DNA from: Podarcis liolepis
Lineage: Eukaryota
Assembly (NCBI GenBank): GCA_965112155.1
Contig: OZ218098.1
Length of the DNA stretch: 64,000 nt
Reading direction: 5' to 3' (one strand)
The notes under the pieces were generated by a model that saw only the letters and a program-made list of their open reading frames with translations, did no database searches and was not told where the DNA came from. Of the stretch, positions 9,428 to 22,500 are shown piece after piece. The position numbers and the translations under genes are program-made. The stretch's first letter is position 1. Each line of letters begins with the position of its first letter.

Positions 9428-12400
9428 CTGCAACAAAAAGGAAAAGGAGGGGAATGTTAGCAAGGCGCAGGGACAACACAATTGCTGCAGTAACAGCAAA
9501 ATCTCACAAGGGAGAGAGTTTGATAACTCAACACAGTTTTGCTTTTGTTGATAAAAGAGTGTACCACTGCATTGATATGAATACAGGCTTGGATCTGGAT
9601 CCAGCTAACCCGGTGTGCTAGCAGAAGCTAGTGCAAGGGCTCCCGCTAACACAGTGGGTTTCTTCCCCCTCTTGTCTGCCTGAACACCCACACACCTTGT
9701 CCAAATCCACTTTGGAGGGTTGGGAGAATCCCTAGAACAGCAGAAGGGGAAAGGGTGTACCATTTCATCTGAAAAGCAGAAATGCTTGCACTGATCAGAA
9801 GAGTGATGTGATGTTGAATTCTTTACATGACCTCCCATCCACGCAAGTGCCATGAAAGGCCAAAAAAGCAACACTTATTTTCTCCATGCTATACTGTCCT
9901 TAATCTGGCGATATGGCTGCTTGAGCCAGCTATTTATAATCAAGAGAGCTACAGCCAGTCCTATTGTCACAGTTTTTCAAGGTGCCCTAATTGGTGCTCA
10001 GACTGGAGAAGGGGCAAACAGGGCCTGGCCCCCTGGCCTTTATGACAATTTCCTAAACTACTGTTTTTGGAAACCTACAGGGGAGGTGTGATTTGACTAA
10101 AATAGGAGGGTGTGGATTTCATTATGCCCATCACCATTACCATTTAATCTCCCATAACTGGGAGCCCAGGCCCTAATATCTGAAATGGCTTCAGCTTTCC
10201 CAGTGTAATCAGCTGATTCACACTAAACTTTATTCATAAATAAGAAAAGAACATGTGAAGAGCTCCACAACCAAAGGAACTGTTATGTTCATACTTGCCT
10301 GTTGGGACTCCATTATCTTCCAATGCTGAGACAAGGCAACCACGGAGAGAGAATCCTCCAACCGGTCGGTTATCTTCCTATGGTGGGTGGAAAGAGTCCA
10401 AATGGAGAAGTAAGGAATATGAATTATATGTTCTATGCAACACATTTTATTTTGGCAAGACATGCAGTAGCTGGCCACATCAGCACAACATGAATCTTGT
10501 CCCAGCCTGTTCCTCTTTGGGCTAGGCCTCTGGAGGTTCTAGGTGTTAATTATGTAAAGAGGTAGTATCTTAATTTAAAAAATTATACATGTCTTCCTCC
10601 AAAGTGTTTTAATAACAGAGCTGAATTCTAAAGACAAGGGGGGAATTATAGGAACCTAGGAAGCTGTCTTATACTGCATCAGACAGTTTGTCCATCTATT
10701 ATTTAATAGTTGATTCCATTTATGACTTGCCTTAATAAAAACATTATCTAGGCAACATACACAGCAAGATCAAAAAACCAACACATATTATATAATTCAA
10801 TGAAATCATAAATAAATTGATAAAATCAACCCAGCAGTGTTATAAATCCAATCTAGATCAACACAGGCTGTGAATTATACCTTTGAAGCATATTTCCCCC
10901 CCTCAAATAATTCTGGGCACCGTAGTTTCTTAAGGGTTTCTGGAAATTATAAATCTGTGAGGAGTAAATTGCGGTGCCCAAAATTCTTTGAAGGAAATGA
11001 GCTTTAAATATATGGTGTGCACACAGCCACAGACCAAACTCCAGCAACCAACCTAATTAGCATAACAACAAAACACAGCGCCATGTGGCCTTGCCCCTAC
11101 AATTGAGGGAGCGGGGGAACGAAATGCACACACACCCCAGGATGCCACATTTGTTGACCACAAGAGGTTTAGTTTCAGCCTCACATGATTCTAACTTAAG
11201 CACAAAAAAATTCAGATCTATTTTACCAAAAAGTTACACACAAGACATGAGATAGTTTATGTACTGGGAGTCCACCATCTCACCTTTGTGGGGTCATAAT
11301 AGTGTAGGAAAGCAGGGTCAGCCCTCAGGACAAAGCGCCTCACCTTCCAGTTTTTCCTCTTGTGTCCCTAAAAGTTGAAAAGATTAATAGATCCATTTCA
11401 CCTTCCATTTCTCAGTTTGTCCTTCTGAAATGGCCTGTAGATCTGCATACACTGAGACATTTCTCGTTATCTGTTTTACCACATTTTATCTTCACAACAG
11501 TCCTGTGAAACAGGTTTAGCCCAGAGGAATATTGTCATAGCCAAGTAAGTTAGACAAAGAAACATCGTCGGAGGCAGAATTGAAGTCATTGTGCATTTTG
11601 CTAAGCCACTACATCAACTTCCTTTCCTAGCTCAAACAATTAAAGACAGAAGTTTCTGAATAGCAACTGTAGGCTAGATTCAAATGCTTGTTTTTGAGAA
11701 CCAAATTTGCTTCAGAATCGGAATATAATAATGTACACATTGGGACCGCTGTTTCATAGAAGATCTGATTTTAGTGCAAATTATTTTGGAATTCTGCTGA
11801 GAATGACAATTCAAAAGGATCACTTGGTGCACAAATCCTTCTGGGGGATTCTATTCACCAAGGCACTTCACAATGGTCTCTTAATTCCATTTTAACTTTC
11901 AGTGCACTGAAGTGTGTGGGGGAACAACCTGATTTACAAAACTATTTGAAATCAGTATAGATAGTTCTGTGTCGGGGCGGGGGGGGGGCGGGAATCAAAG
12001 GCTTTCCTGGTCAGAAAATTGTTTTTTCCGATTATGATTTGAACAGCATTCCTTATGTCACACAGAAAGCTAAACCATACATTTACATTTAGAAATATCA
12101 CAAGGCCCAGGGCTTTTTGTGTTGTACCACATCAGGTGAAAGATTGTGTTTCTCAATTATTCTCCACCTCAAACATTATTTGCTAAAGGAAAGGTAACAT
12201 ATCTGCAAGGATTCCAGTTAGTGTACTAAAGGCATATATATATTTCCTACTGAAGTATTAGGCATAGAACACCACATTTTTTTCCTATACATTTGGTCCT
12301 ATGTGCACTCTTTTGCAACACTGTTCATGTGATTGTGATCTTAGGGTTGTATTCAACAGTACGTCAGCAGACTTCACTTCTCCTCTCTCTCCTCTCCTCA

Positions 12401-15400
12401 TGTGCCCCCCTCAGTTCTACTCCAGATCCTCCCCCAATGCACTGGAGCAGTTTTCGAGGGTGGGCACGAGCAGAAGAGGAGAGAGAAGTCCCATTGGACA
12501 AGTGGAAGTTTATTGTACAAGCAGATACAACCCATATTATTTAATTTTATAACCCAACTTTCTTCTTTAAAAAGAGCTTAAGAAGACACTAAATACAGCA
12601 TTGCCCAGTCTCCCATTCTCCACTTGCCAACATGATTCAGAAGTCATGGTTACCTGTTTTATTAAAAATCCTTGTTTTAAAATGGTGCCACTCAGTTCAA
12701 TAATGTTAAGATGAATATTTTCTTTGGAGGTGGTTCTCTTCTTATAGTTTTCTGCCTGCAATAAAAATTAAAGATATTGGGGAAATTGGGGGTAGCGGTA
12801 GCAAAACGAGTACAAAATACAGAAGCGTTCCTTTCCTCCTTTAACATGGAACTTTTCATTTCTCAGTCATAGAAATTTCCATCTTCAAAGCAGTTTTTTT
12901 GCCAGACACAATAAACAGCAGGGATGGTCTCAGCACCCAGTATCCTCAGGCAGTTGGCAGGACCCCAATGCTCTTAAAGTGCCCACCGCTACTGATGTCA
13001 CTCCTAGGCAGCTGGCTCACAACCACCCATTGCAGGTCTCAGCACTGCTGCCACCACTCCCAGCAAATAATGCTGCTAGAGAGGCCCAGAGGGCCTTTTG
13101 CTGCCCCCTCACTAATAAACAGGCACAGAAGTGCATAAATTAAGTTTCATTATTGCAGCTACAATGAGCTGTTCCCATATTGCATCCAGATAAACGCCAA
13201 ACTGTTGCTGTTGCACGTCCACACCCAACCCAAAGTCCAACTACAGTATTAGTCAGATATAACTTGGAAAGCATTAGAAAGATTTTGCCCCAGTTATCTT
13301 TTGGCCTGATTTTCATTTGCTGCAAATCTTTCCTATCAGTCTCTCCAATGCGTATGCACACTGTGCCCCCGTTTTTTTTTAGTGTCCTCATGTGCAGAAA
13401 GGAGACTTCCAGAAATCCCATCACTTACAAATGTGTACAGAGCTGTAGAGTCATCCAAAAACTGCTCTGTCAAATCACCATTCCTCATGGCTTCAACACT
13501 GCGGGCTCCCACAGGCTTAATGAAATTTTCGTCCACCAACACAGAGGCCAGGGTGACAGCCTCTAGACGGGAGGCTGCAAAGCTATTGGAAATCAGCCAG
13601 TCAACCAGCACAGAGCCTGAAAAGAATCAAGGCAAAAACAGGTGAGCAAAAACAGCAAACAGCCAGTCAATTCCCAAGGAAGGTAGAGGTTTTTAGTACT
13701 CATCCTCTAATAGAGAAATGAGTCTTAAATTGTAATCTAACCTGACTGAAGAGCAGACATTTGCATGCACATTTTCATAAACTTGGCAGGTAGCACTGTC
13801 TTTCTGGATAACCTCATTCTAGACCAGCCCAAGACACTTTGCAGCCAAAGGGAACCCTTTCAACTGTACAATTCTATGATTCTGTGAAGCGCGCACACAT
13901 ACAATTCACAAATGATACCTAAAATTAGAGGTGTTTGGGCTCTAGACTGTATTTTCCCCTTACATTTTAATCTTGCCTTTCCTTTAAGGAGCATAGTACA
14001 GTGTAGACGGGTCTCCCTCTTTCATTTCATCCTCATCACAGCCCAGGGAGGTAGATTAGGCTGAGACGCCATGATTGGCTCAAAGTCACCCAGTGAACTT
14101 CACGGCCAAGTAGGGAATTGAACCCAAATCCCCTGGTCCTAAAGCAATTGAGGAGTAGCCAATGTGGTGCCCTCCAACTGCAGTTGGACCAACTGCAATC
14201 ACCTCTAGACATTTGTTTAGCTGGCTGGGGCTGATAGAAGTTGTAGTTCAACACCATATGAAGGGCACCATGTTAGCTACCCACCCCACACTCCAAACAC
14301 TACCCAAATACTAGGTTTGGAACCAACTCCCACTAATGCGTAAGTACCTCCATCTAATCACCAACATGTGAGGTCTGGCTGTAGCTACTAGTGGGAGAGA
14401 AATCACTGAAGATGTATTGTTCATGTCCCAGGGCTGTGCCCTAATAATGAAAACAAGGTTCTGAAGCTGCACCATGGTGGGCCCTGGGAGAAAACAACAT
14501 TCCTTTGCATCAGATTATATTGAAGTACTAGGAGGCTAATAACATGCGGTTTGCCTACCTGTAAAACTTTCTTTATATGTGCTGCCTTGTTCTGTGTTGG
14601 GTGTGAGCTTAATTCCACTGCTGCTGTCATGCATTTTGTCCACAATGTGACTGGAAAAAAACCAGCAAAAAGGTTAATGTTTAAGAAAACAGAGAATCCG
14701 GTTTTGTGAGGGGACTCAAATCCCTCTGTCTCAATTCATACAGCCAATAAAGAGCACAGTTTCGATTGAAAGTACCTCAGGCATGAGTGGAAGGCAATTC
14801 CAGTTACACACAGGAGAGTACCATTGATTTCTGTCCCTTCAGTCCTCTACCCTTGATTCAATCAAGTAGTGGCGTAGTGGTGGGGGGGCGGCATGGGGCA
14901 ATTGCCCTGGATGCACAATTGGGGGTGGCAGGCGAACCAGGCTGGGGAATGCGGGGGATGATATTCACCCTCCACATGTCCCTCCCCCGCCTGTGAGTGC
15001 CTGCCCGGTGGCGGTGGCAAGGGCCAGATGAGCACACTCTACACCCGCCCCGGGTGCTGGCAAACAGCACTATGCCCTTGCTTGAATGCATCTCATTCTA
15101 TGTTGCTGTCAAGTAAGCTCAGTCTTGGGACTATATTCCAGTGGGGTCCCTCTTTAGATGGTAAGGCGTATTACTTCACTTCAAAATGTGGTAAACCAGC
15201 CTTGCTGCCTTTGGGGGTCCTCCTGGTCATTCTATGAAGTGGGGCTCTGAGCTTCTGCCCCAAAGTCCTGCCCTGATGGCACCCACTGTCCAGAGAGTCC
15301 CCTGAGCCTCAGGTCTATAAAAACATAAGAGCAGCCCTGCAGAATCAGACCAAACGTCAACCTAATCCAGCATTTATTCTCCTGCAGTAGCCAAGCAGAT

Positions 15401-16081
15401 GTCCATGGGGAGCCCACAAACTTCTTCCCCTTAACAACCATGAGTGGTTAGCCCAAACAAACCTTGGCTACAACTTATGGTTTGTCTGAATTGAGACAAA
15501 CCACAATCTTGGATTCAGACATAATGTTAAACTAAACCATGGCTTAGCTTCAGGTAGCACAGCAGCAGAACTGGGGGAGAAGTGAAGCAGCCATGACATT
15601 TGCTATGAGCATGTTCACATTTAGCAACAGTCTGGCTTAGTGTTATATACAAACTGGGCTACACACACCCCACAAATTGCAGGAAAGAAGATGGAAGGAT
15701 TATTTAACACTTACTTCAGGCTGATATTTGAGGGCAGTTTGAAGGAATTTTTCATGCGGTGAAGTTGCTGGACTTGCACTGGGTTGCCAGCATGAATAGC
15801 ACCAGTTATATCCAACGCCCAGGCATCACGCTCTTCTCGAGAGCAGAAATCGAGGAAATACTCTGTGTTTGTTTTTGTCTTCAGTTTAATGACCAACTAC
15901 AAATAAACCCACAAGAAACAACATTACATTATTTGCTAGAAATTATCAGTGCATCACTCAGAAATATTTACTGAAATTTGAGAGATCTTGAACCGCTTTG
16001 CCTTTCTGGTGATAAACAGATGTGATCAAACATTTTCACAGGTAAAACTACATGATAAATCTACCTGTGTTTTATTTATCA

Positions 16082-16121
<40 letters not shown>

Positions 16122-18736
16122 ATCTATCTACCTACCATCTCCTGGAAATTAAGGATAAGTGTGGGTTTCAGGTGTGCTGCTTTGATGTGTGAATACTATA
16201 ATATGTTCAATTTTTTAAAATACAGTATGATAAAGTTGTATATCTATCACTTGCCTTTCCTAGCTAAACTAGAGAAAATGTGTAAGATTTGTGATAGGAT
16301 CTCACAACATTTTTTCAGAAGTAGCCAGTTTCAACACTGCTCTTCACCCCTAGCTAATGGGAGAATGTCCTAGCTAATATGACCCACACATACACGGTAC
16401 CAGCACTGCCCCCTTCTAATATGTTCCATTTTCTAGAGCCAACACAGCAACAGTAATTTATACCAAATGGGAAGAGAATTGGACATACCGGCCTGTTATA
16501 CTCCAAACATGGACAAGTCATTGTGCAGCCATCCAAAATAATCCTGCCCTTTGGAGAAGGCTCTTTCTTTCCTCCCACAACTTTATAATAGAGCAGTCTG
16601 TCCTGGAGAAGAACAAACCACCTTGCTTTCCAGTTGTGGACAACATGTCCCTGCAAACAAAAAGTGTCAATCTTAGGTGCAACTTATAAACAACATTTAT
16701 TACCTGCTTTACTCACTGCACTCAGTTGATAATTTATATAGCCTCTAATGTGCTCTCATCTGGTAGGACTTTAAAACGAGTTCTTACCTTCTTTCCACAA
16801 ATCCAAGGTTTCCCCAGATGTACTTTAGTGATTCCACAAGCGAGCTTTTTGCAACGATAGCACATTTTCCCAGGCAGTCATTATAGGTATATGATCACAA
16901 TAACCTGGTGCCAGTACTGAGTACCCTAGTATCCCCGGGGAAAAGCACTAACTACTATTATACAATGGGAAAGATGCTGATTCACCCCAACTAATGAAAT
17001 AGATTTGTCTCACTCAGATCCAAATTCAGTTTTACAGTCACTAGACATGAGTGGTTCTCAAAAGGTCCTACTCTACCATGCAGCAAGGTAGGGCAGTAGA
17101 TTTTTATTTATTTTTTGCAATAGTTTTTTTTTTGGGGGGGGGGAATCCAATACTTTTTGAAGTGGTGGGCCCTAGCATGGGGGAGGCATCATTTGGTACT
17201 CTGCCTCAGGCAGTGACATGTTTTTGGTGTTCCTCACCTTTAATTTTTACAACAGAGAGGATTCAAACCATACATAGCATGGAGTGGGGTTCTAGCTTTA
17301 AAAACCCTGATTTCAGAAAATGCTCTCAAGTCCCATACAGCAGTTCTCATCTGTTTTTAGTTTACCCAACATATTGCTATCTCAACAACATGACGGGACA
17401 TTTCACTGTTGGAGGCAGTTTGCCTCTGAATATCAGGTGTTGGAAGCACAATGGACAGAGATTGCAGGTTTCCCATAGACATCGTCTGGCAACTGTGAAA
17501 GCAAGATGTTGGACTAGGTGGGCCTTTGGCCTGATCCAGAAGTTCTTTGCTTATCTTCTTCACTCTACCCCCAAGCAGATGGCTCTGTCAGCCAACTGCA
17601 GTACTACGTAGTCTCTGTTCCATTTTCCCTGTTTTCCCTTAGTGGGGCTAATGGAAACCTCTGGGAGCAACTTAGATCAGGGAAAGAGCATGGTGGGGAG
17701 GAGAAAGAATAAATGCCCAATCAAATTAGGAATTCTGTGGCTTCTCTGAAGTAGAGAAAAGAAATTCATTCATTAATTTCCTGCATCATGTGCAATTTGG
17801 CCCTTAGACATGAGCATAGGGAAAGCACATTGGACTGGATAAATTGTTAGAAATTAGGGCCCTTCTGAAGATCTGATAAAGACAATGACAGATTAAGAGA
17901 GGTGGTATATTTCAGATATTGCAAAAGGATAATTTGAATAACTTGGGCTACATTTTGAACCTGGAGCCCTCCTACCATAAATTGAGTGTGCACAATAAAA
18001 GGCAAAAGATCAAGATGAGCAGACAGGTAGAGCAAGAAGAACTAGATTGTTGCTCTGACCTGTTGCACCCTAGGTCAGAAGGGCAGGATATAGGGAGAGC
18101 TGCTTGAAAAGAAGACAAGAATAAAAGATGACAGCAGCGGTGGATCTTGAGGAGATCTGCATGCATGCAAGACAGGACCTGACATTGAATAAGATGCTGC
18201 AGGTCAGAGCAAGAGAGGAATGTTAGCAGAATGTTAGCACAGCACTCTAGAGCAGTATCTAAACCTTATACATCCTTTGCTTAGCTATGGGAGACATTCA
18301 TGTTGGAAAAGTAATAATCTGGCAAAATGTATTTACTTCTGACATTTATAGCTCACTCTCTTTCCCAAACAAGGGCAAACACATTTTTAAAGAGGAGGTT
18401 GCAAGTCTGAAACCACCTAGAGATAAAACTGTGGCTGCACATTACAACCGTGGCTGTGTGTGTGCTCTCCCATTCATTCACTCTGCCTCCGGGACTCTCA
18501 CACCACTGATTTGGGAAGCGGTGTACACATGCCATTAGCCACAATCCATATCTATCTTGTCGTTCCTTATGAAACATTGCTTATTGATGTCCCCCCCCCC
18601 CCAAAACCAGCAAGAGAAGCTGAGAAAAAGAACAAACTAGTTGTGTTTTAAGCTGGTAATGTACACATCGCCTGTGACTGCAGCTTACCTTTTTAACAAG
18701 AAAGCCTTCCTTCAGAATTCCACTCCCTTCCTCCAT
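9300..18736 (-). CDS. PLEK2: Pleckstrin-2 (PH-DEP-PH), 9 exons, 354 aa
   Basis: Exons (minus) 18736-18689, 16650-16489, 15896-15715, 14650-14559, 13616-13429, 12755-12654, 11367-11284, 10377-10299 and 9427-9300 give 1065 nt in frame. Motifs ILKEGFLVKK, GHVVHNWKARWF, LVDWLISNSF (DEP), GHKRKNWKVRRFVL, WIEAIKQLT*. Confidence 0.97.
10299..10377 (-). CDS. PLEK2: PLEK2 exon 8
   Basis: EDNRPVGGFSLRGCLVSALEDNGVPT; GC donor. Confidence 0.93.
11284..11367 (-). CDS. PLEK2: PLEK2 exon 7
   Basis: GHKRKNWKVRRFVLRADPAFLHYYDPTK. Confidence 0.95.
12654..12755 (-). CDS. PLEK2: PLEK2 exon 6
   Basis: AENYKKRTTSKENIHLNIIELSGTILKQGFLIKQ. Confidence 0.95.
13429..13616 (-). CDS. PLEK2: PLEK2 exon 5 (DEP domain)
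   Basis: SVLVDWLISNSFAASRLEAVTLAS...DDSTALYTF. Confidence 0.95.
14020..14140 (-). mobile_element. MIR-like SINE fragment
   Basis: ATCCTCA..CAGCCC..GAGGTAG..AGGCTGAGA...AAGTCACCCAGTGA...GGAATTGAACCC core; similar fragments at ~3245-3336 and ~11480-11600. Confidence 0.55.
14559..14650 (-). CDS. PLEK2: PLEK2 exon 4
   Basis: HIVDKMHDSSSGIKLTPNTEQGSTYKESFT. Confidence 0.93.
15715..15896 (-). CDS. PLEK2: PLEK2 exon 3
   Basis: LVIKLKTKTNTEYFLDFCSREERDAWALDITGAIHAG... Confidence 0.95.
16075..16135. repeat. (TATC)n microsatellite
   Basis: Directly visible tandem ATCT units. Confidence 0.95.
16489..16650 (-). CDS. PLEK2: PLEK2 exon 2
   Basis: GHVVHNWKARWFVLLQDRLLYYK...CPCLEYNRP. Confidence 0.95.
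18689..18736 (-). CDS. PLEK2: PLEK2 exon 1, coding part
   Basis: MEEGSGILKEGFLVKK followed by a GTAAGC donor. Confidence 0.92.
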
Positions 18737-19207
18737 GCTGATCCAGTAGGAGGTGAATGTGCCTTCCAAGACGTCTGCGGGCAACTGCAAGCCGATCTCT
18801 CTGCATGAGGAGTTTTAAAACAGTGACTGTTTTCTTAGCCACCTCCTCCTCTGCTGTGACGTCTACACCCCTCCCTACCCAGGAGACAATAGGCAAATAG
18901 TGAGCTGGCACTGGGAGATCACCTGTCCTTAAGGGAATACAAAACAGGGAAAGTTTAACAAGATAATTGTACCATAGCAGTACTTCCCCTAGAACTGTGA
19001 ATGGATCAAGCTCATTGAATGACTCAGAAGATATTAGTCAGCCATCCGGATTATACAACACAGGAAGGAGACAGACCTTCTGTATATAGAAGCCAAGGAC
19101 TGGAGGTTCCCATGTTTTGTTCACTGGGCATTTCCATTTTTAATATATTGTTTATTGTTATCTCCGTGTACTACAACATACCAGGGACAAACACTGTGGC
19201 TACCACA

Positions 19208-19560
19208 GGACTTGGACTCGGTCCAGTATACCTGAACAAACGTCTCCACCCACATTGTTCAGCCACATTGTTCACTGAGGTCCAGCTCCAAGGGACTTCT
19301 GGCAGTTCCCTCACTGTGAGAAGGTTACAGGGAATGAGGCAGAGGGACTTCTCAGTAGTGGCACCCAACCTGTGGAATGCTCTCCCATCGGATGTCAAGG
19401 AAATAAACAACTATCTGACTTTTACAAGACATCTGAAGGCAGCCCTATTTAGGGAAGTTTTTAGTGTTTGATGTTTTATTGTGCTTTTAATATTCTGTCA
19501 GGAGCCCCCTAGAGTGGCTGGGAAAACCCAGTCGGATATTATTATTATTATTATTATTAG
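19208..19560 (+). mobile_element. L2-type LINE 3' fragment
   Basis: Translates to the ORF2 C-terminal motif FSVVAPNLWNALPSDVKEINNYLTFTRHLKAALF; ends in an (ATT)n tail. Confidence 0.75.
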
Positions 19561-22500
19561 TAATAGCAGCTGCAGGGAAAAGGAGCAATGTAAGTGAACT
19601 GAACTCAAGAAAGGAAAAATGAAAAACCTGGGGAATCAAAATACAAATATTTCTCTATTCTATGAAAATATTTTCAATACCAATGAATTTACTATGCAAT
19701 GGCTGTGACCTTACCCAGCACATGTGTGCACCAAATCAACATGAATGTTAGGGTTCTTAAGCTACATTAGTCCCATCAAGTACACACAAACACATTCCAG
19801 TCTCCTACTAAGTCATAAACTCGTTTTTAAAACAACACCACTAAAAGAAAAAGCAGGTTTATAGTTTGACATAGGGTCAGCGCCCGTGATAAAAATGGCT
19901 GAAAATGCAAAAACACATTATTGTGCTTGCATAATCTCTTATACATACATTGGTCATTGTTTGGATTTGTAGATAAGAGTAGAATCTAAAGCCTATAATG
20001 TGCATGGGTTTCTATGAAGGGAAGTTCTAGCATACAGAAATCACCTGAGGAGAAAGTACACAAATGTTGTTATTGTTGGCATCTGTCCGTCTCAAGAGAC
20101 AATGGAGTGTTTCTCCGGAGGCAAAGTCTGCATTAGCAGCGCCCTGGGGTGCAAGCCTGGGCAGTGTGCGTGGAGGTCCAAGGACATATTGGAGCTGATG
20201 GCTCATGCTCCACAGTTCCAATCCAGTAGATCCAATGTACATACATGGGCTTCCGAAACGCACAGAGGGCTTCTGTTTGCACAGGGACTTTTCTCATAAC
20301 CTCAAACCCAGGGACATTTCCAGGTTTACGGCACTGCTTCTGACATTGACATGAACAAGGAAGTCCTAAATTGTATAGAGCTCTGTATTTTTTGTTGTTT
20401 TGAATTTACTGACGTATTCTGTATTTTGTATATTTGTATGTTAATTGTTCTCTATTTTAATGTTTCTTTGCTGTAACCTGCTTTGGGCCCAGCTTGTTAT
20501 GGGAAAACAGCACATATAAACAATCAGTCACTCAATATGTGCATTGGAGCCTTATGGATCCATAGAGAAGGGAGAAAGTCTTTAGAAAAGTGGCTTCAGA
20601 TGTTGCTTTAAGTTAGCCTTTCTGCTTTAGAAACCTTTAGTCTCAAGGCTAGCAACATTCTTCCATGCTATTGTGAGGTTTACCAGTCTCCTCAATCACT
20701 GTGTGGCAGAAAGCAGGCTTTGTTGGTCAAAACATATGACTTAAAGTAGGATCATAGAGATAAGAATTCAGTAAGGGCAAAATTCATGCCATGCTTGTAA
20801 TACTTCTGAAATACTTGCTGTTGTCCCGCTTGAGATAACAATCTGAACTCTAACAGCGTGAGTCACAGGATAGGAAACATTAGTCACCTCATCATCGTCC
20901 CACATAGTATCCAGGCTATGGGCACACAGAAGATTGTGGAGTGGGTAGGAGACAAATAAGAAGGCATTTGTTTTTCCCTTTATAGAGCACTGATAGAATG
21001 ATCTGGTATAAGAAGTCAACCCAACAACTTGCTTATTTTCTTGGCCGGGGTGGCCAACTTCTGTATTCCTAGAGACACCTTTCAAACACTGACCTTAGGG
21101 CTGGAATGATCTGTATATTATTCCAGCCAGCTGCCCTGGCTGCCTGTTCCCTTCCAGGCCCACCTACCCACCATGTGAACCTGCCTGAGCCCTGGGTTCA
21201 GCTACGGCAGTCCTGCTTGTATGCTGGCAGTAGGGGTAGCTCTTTTATAACTAAGATGATAGGTTGCTGATTTTGCTATTTTGGCAATTTTGTTATTATG
21301 CACAGGGGGAGAGGACAGGGAGAAGAAGTTCCATTGCGCTAAAAGAATTACTTTGTGGATATCATCCTATGGTTTTCAATGCAAATGAGCAGTGTGCTGG
21401 CACATACTGAAATTGTGGCTGCTTTGCTTCTACGCTGCTGTTTGTTACATAGCCAGGAAACAAGTGATGGTCTAGCGTGTCATGCTGTCTGAAAACAGCC
21501 TTCTGGTATGTTTCTTTCTAAATAAGCCAATGACAAAACCTTGGTTACCACTCATAATTTGTTTGGAAAGAAACAAACCACAGGGTTTGATGTAACAAGT
21601 TAGTCTATGGCTTGTTTCCTGGTAGTGGTTGGAACAAAATGCCCACTACCTCAGCACCGGTATGCTCTTAATTCACATGAAACCGGTTTAACTATGGCTG
21701 TGATGTGCAGTCAAGTAAGTGGTTGTGGATTAGGGTTTGTATAGTTTAATCTTTCTTGAAATGAAATGGTTTTACTGCTCTATTTATATTTTGATTTTCT
21801 TGTTAATTTTAAAATGTTTTTATTGTGCATTGTGTATCACTTTGGGAAGATATTTGTAGCCTGAAAGGTGACTAAGAAGTTTATCAAATAAAATAAATAG
21901 AGCAAACTCTAATGGATGATAAGGCTCTAGAAGTTATCACTGAGCGGCAAGGACTTAAAAAATGCAAATACTGTACTGGATAGTGGGAAGTCATAAGGGC
22001 GTGTGTATCAGGGAAAGGGCTAACTCAGAGATGAATGTGTTTCCTGAACGATCCCTCACAGATCCTTTCTAGCGTACTTTCGAAAAAGCAATTCAGCAAA
22101 ATGTACATTCAACAAATGTGGAAAGCCAACATTACTTTTCCTAGAAGAGAAATGGGGTTCAAAATCTTTTACTACATGTTAAAGGTCACCAAAAACCAGA
22201 TTTTTAAAAATAAAAAACCCCACTACTTTGGGTTTCTTTTCTAAAATCAAGCAGTATATAGTTTATGAAATAAAATAAATAAATAAAATAAGCTTGTATT
22301 CTCGCTCTCAATACAGCAAAACAATCTTTGGGGGGGGGGAGGTTTGAAGTCCTGAAAGTTTTCTGTAAGGAACAAATCTTCACAATTAAAGGAAGTGACT
22401 AGATAGGTTTGTTTTGAATGCCAGGGTCTGAGAAGGGGTGTTGTGGTGGTGCAAGGAGTCTTAACCATCTTAAGGTTATGCCTAAGAGCTCTCAGACCTT

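Noticed and set aside
13180-13645. Plus-strand ORFs opposite PLEK2 exon 5 (similar ones opposite EIF2S1 and PALS1 exons)
   Set aside because: Antisense shadows of real coding exons.
17051-17611. Longest ORF in the track (186 aa, +) in PLEK2 intron 1
   Set aside because: Non-ATG start, runs through homopolymers and repeat remnants, no homology recognised.
20768-21085. 105-aa minus-strand ORF upstream of PLEK2
   Set aside because: TTG start, no splice support and no recognisable family.
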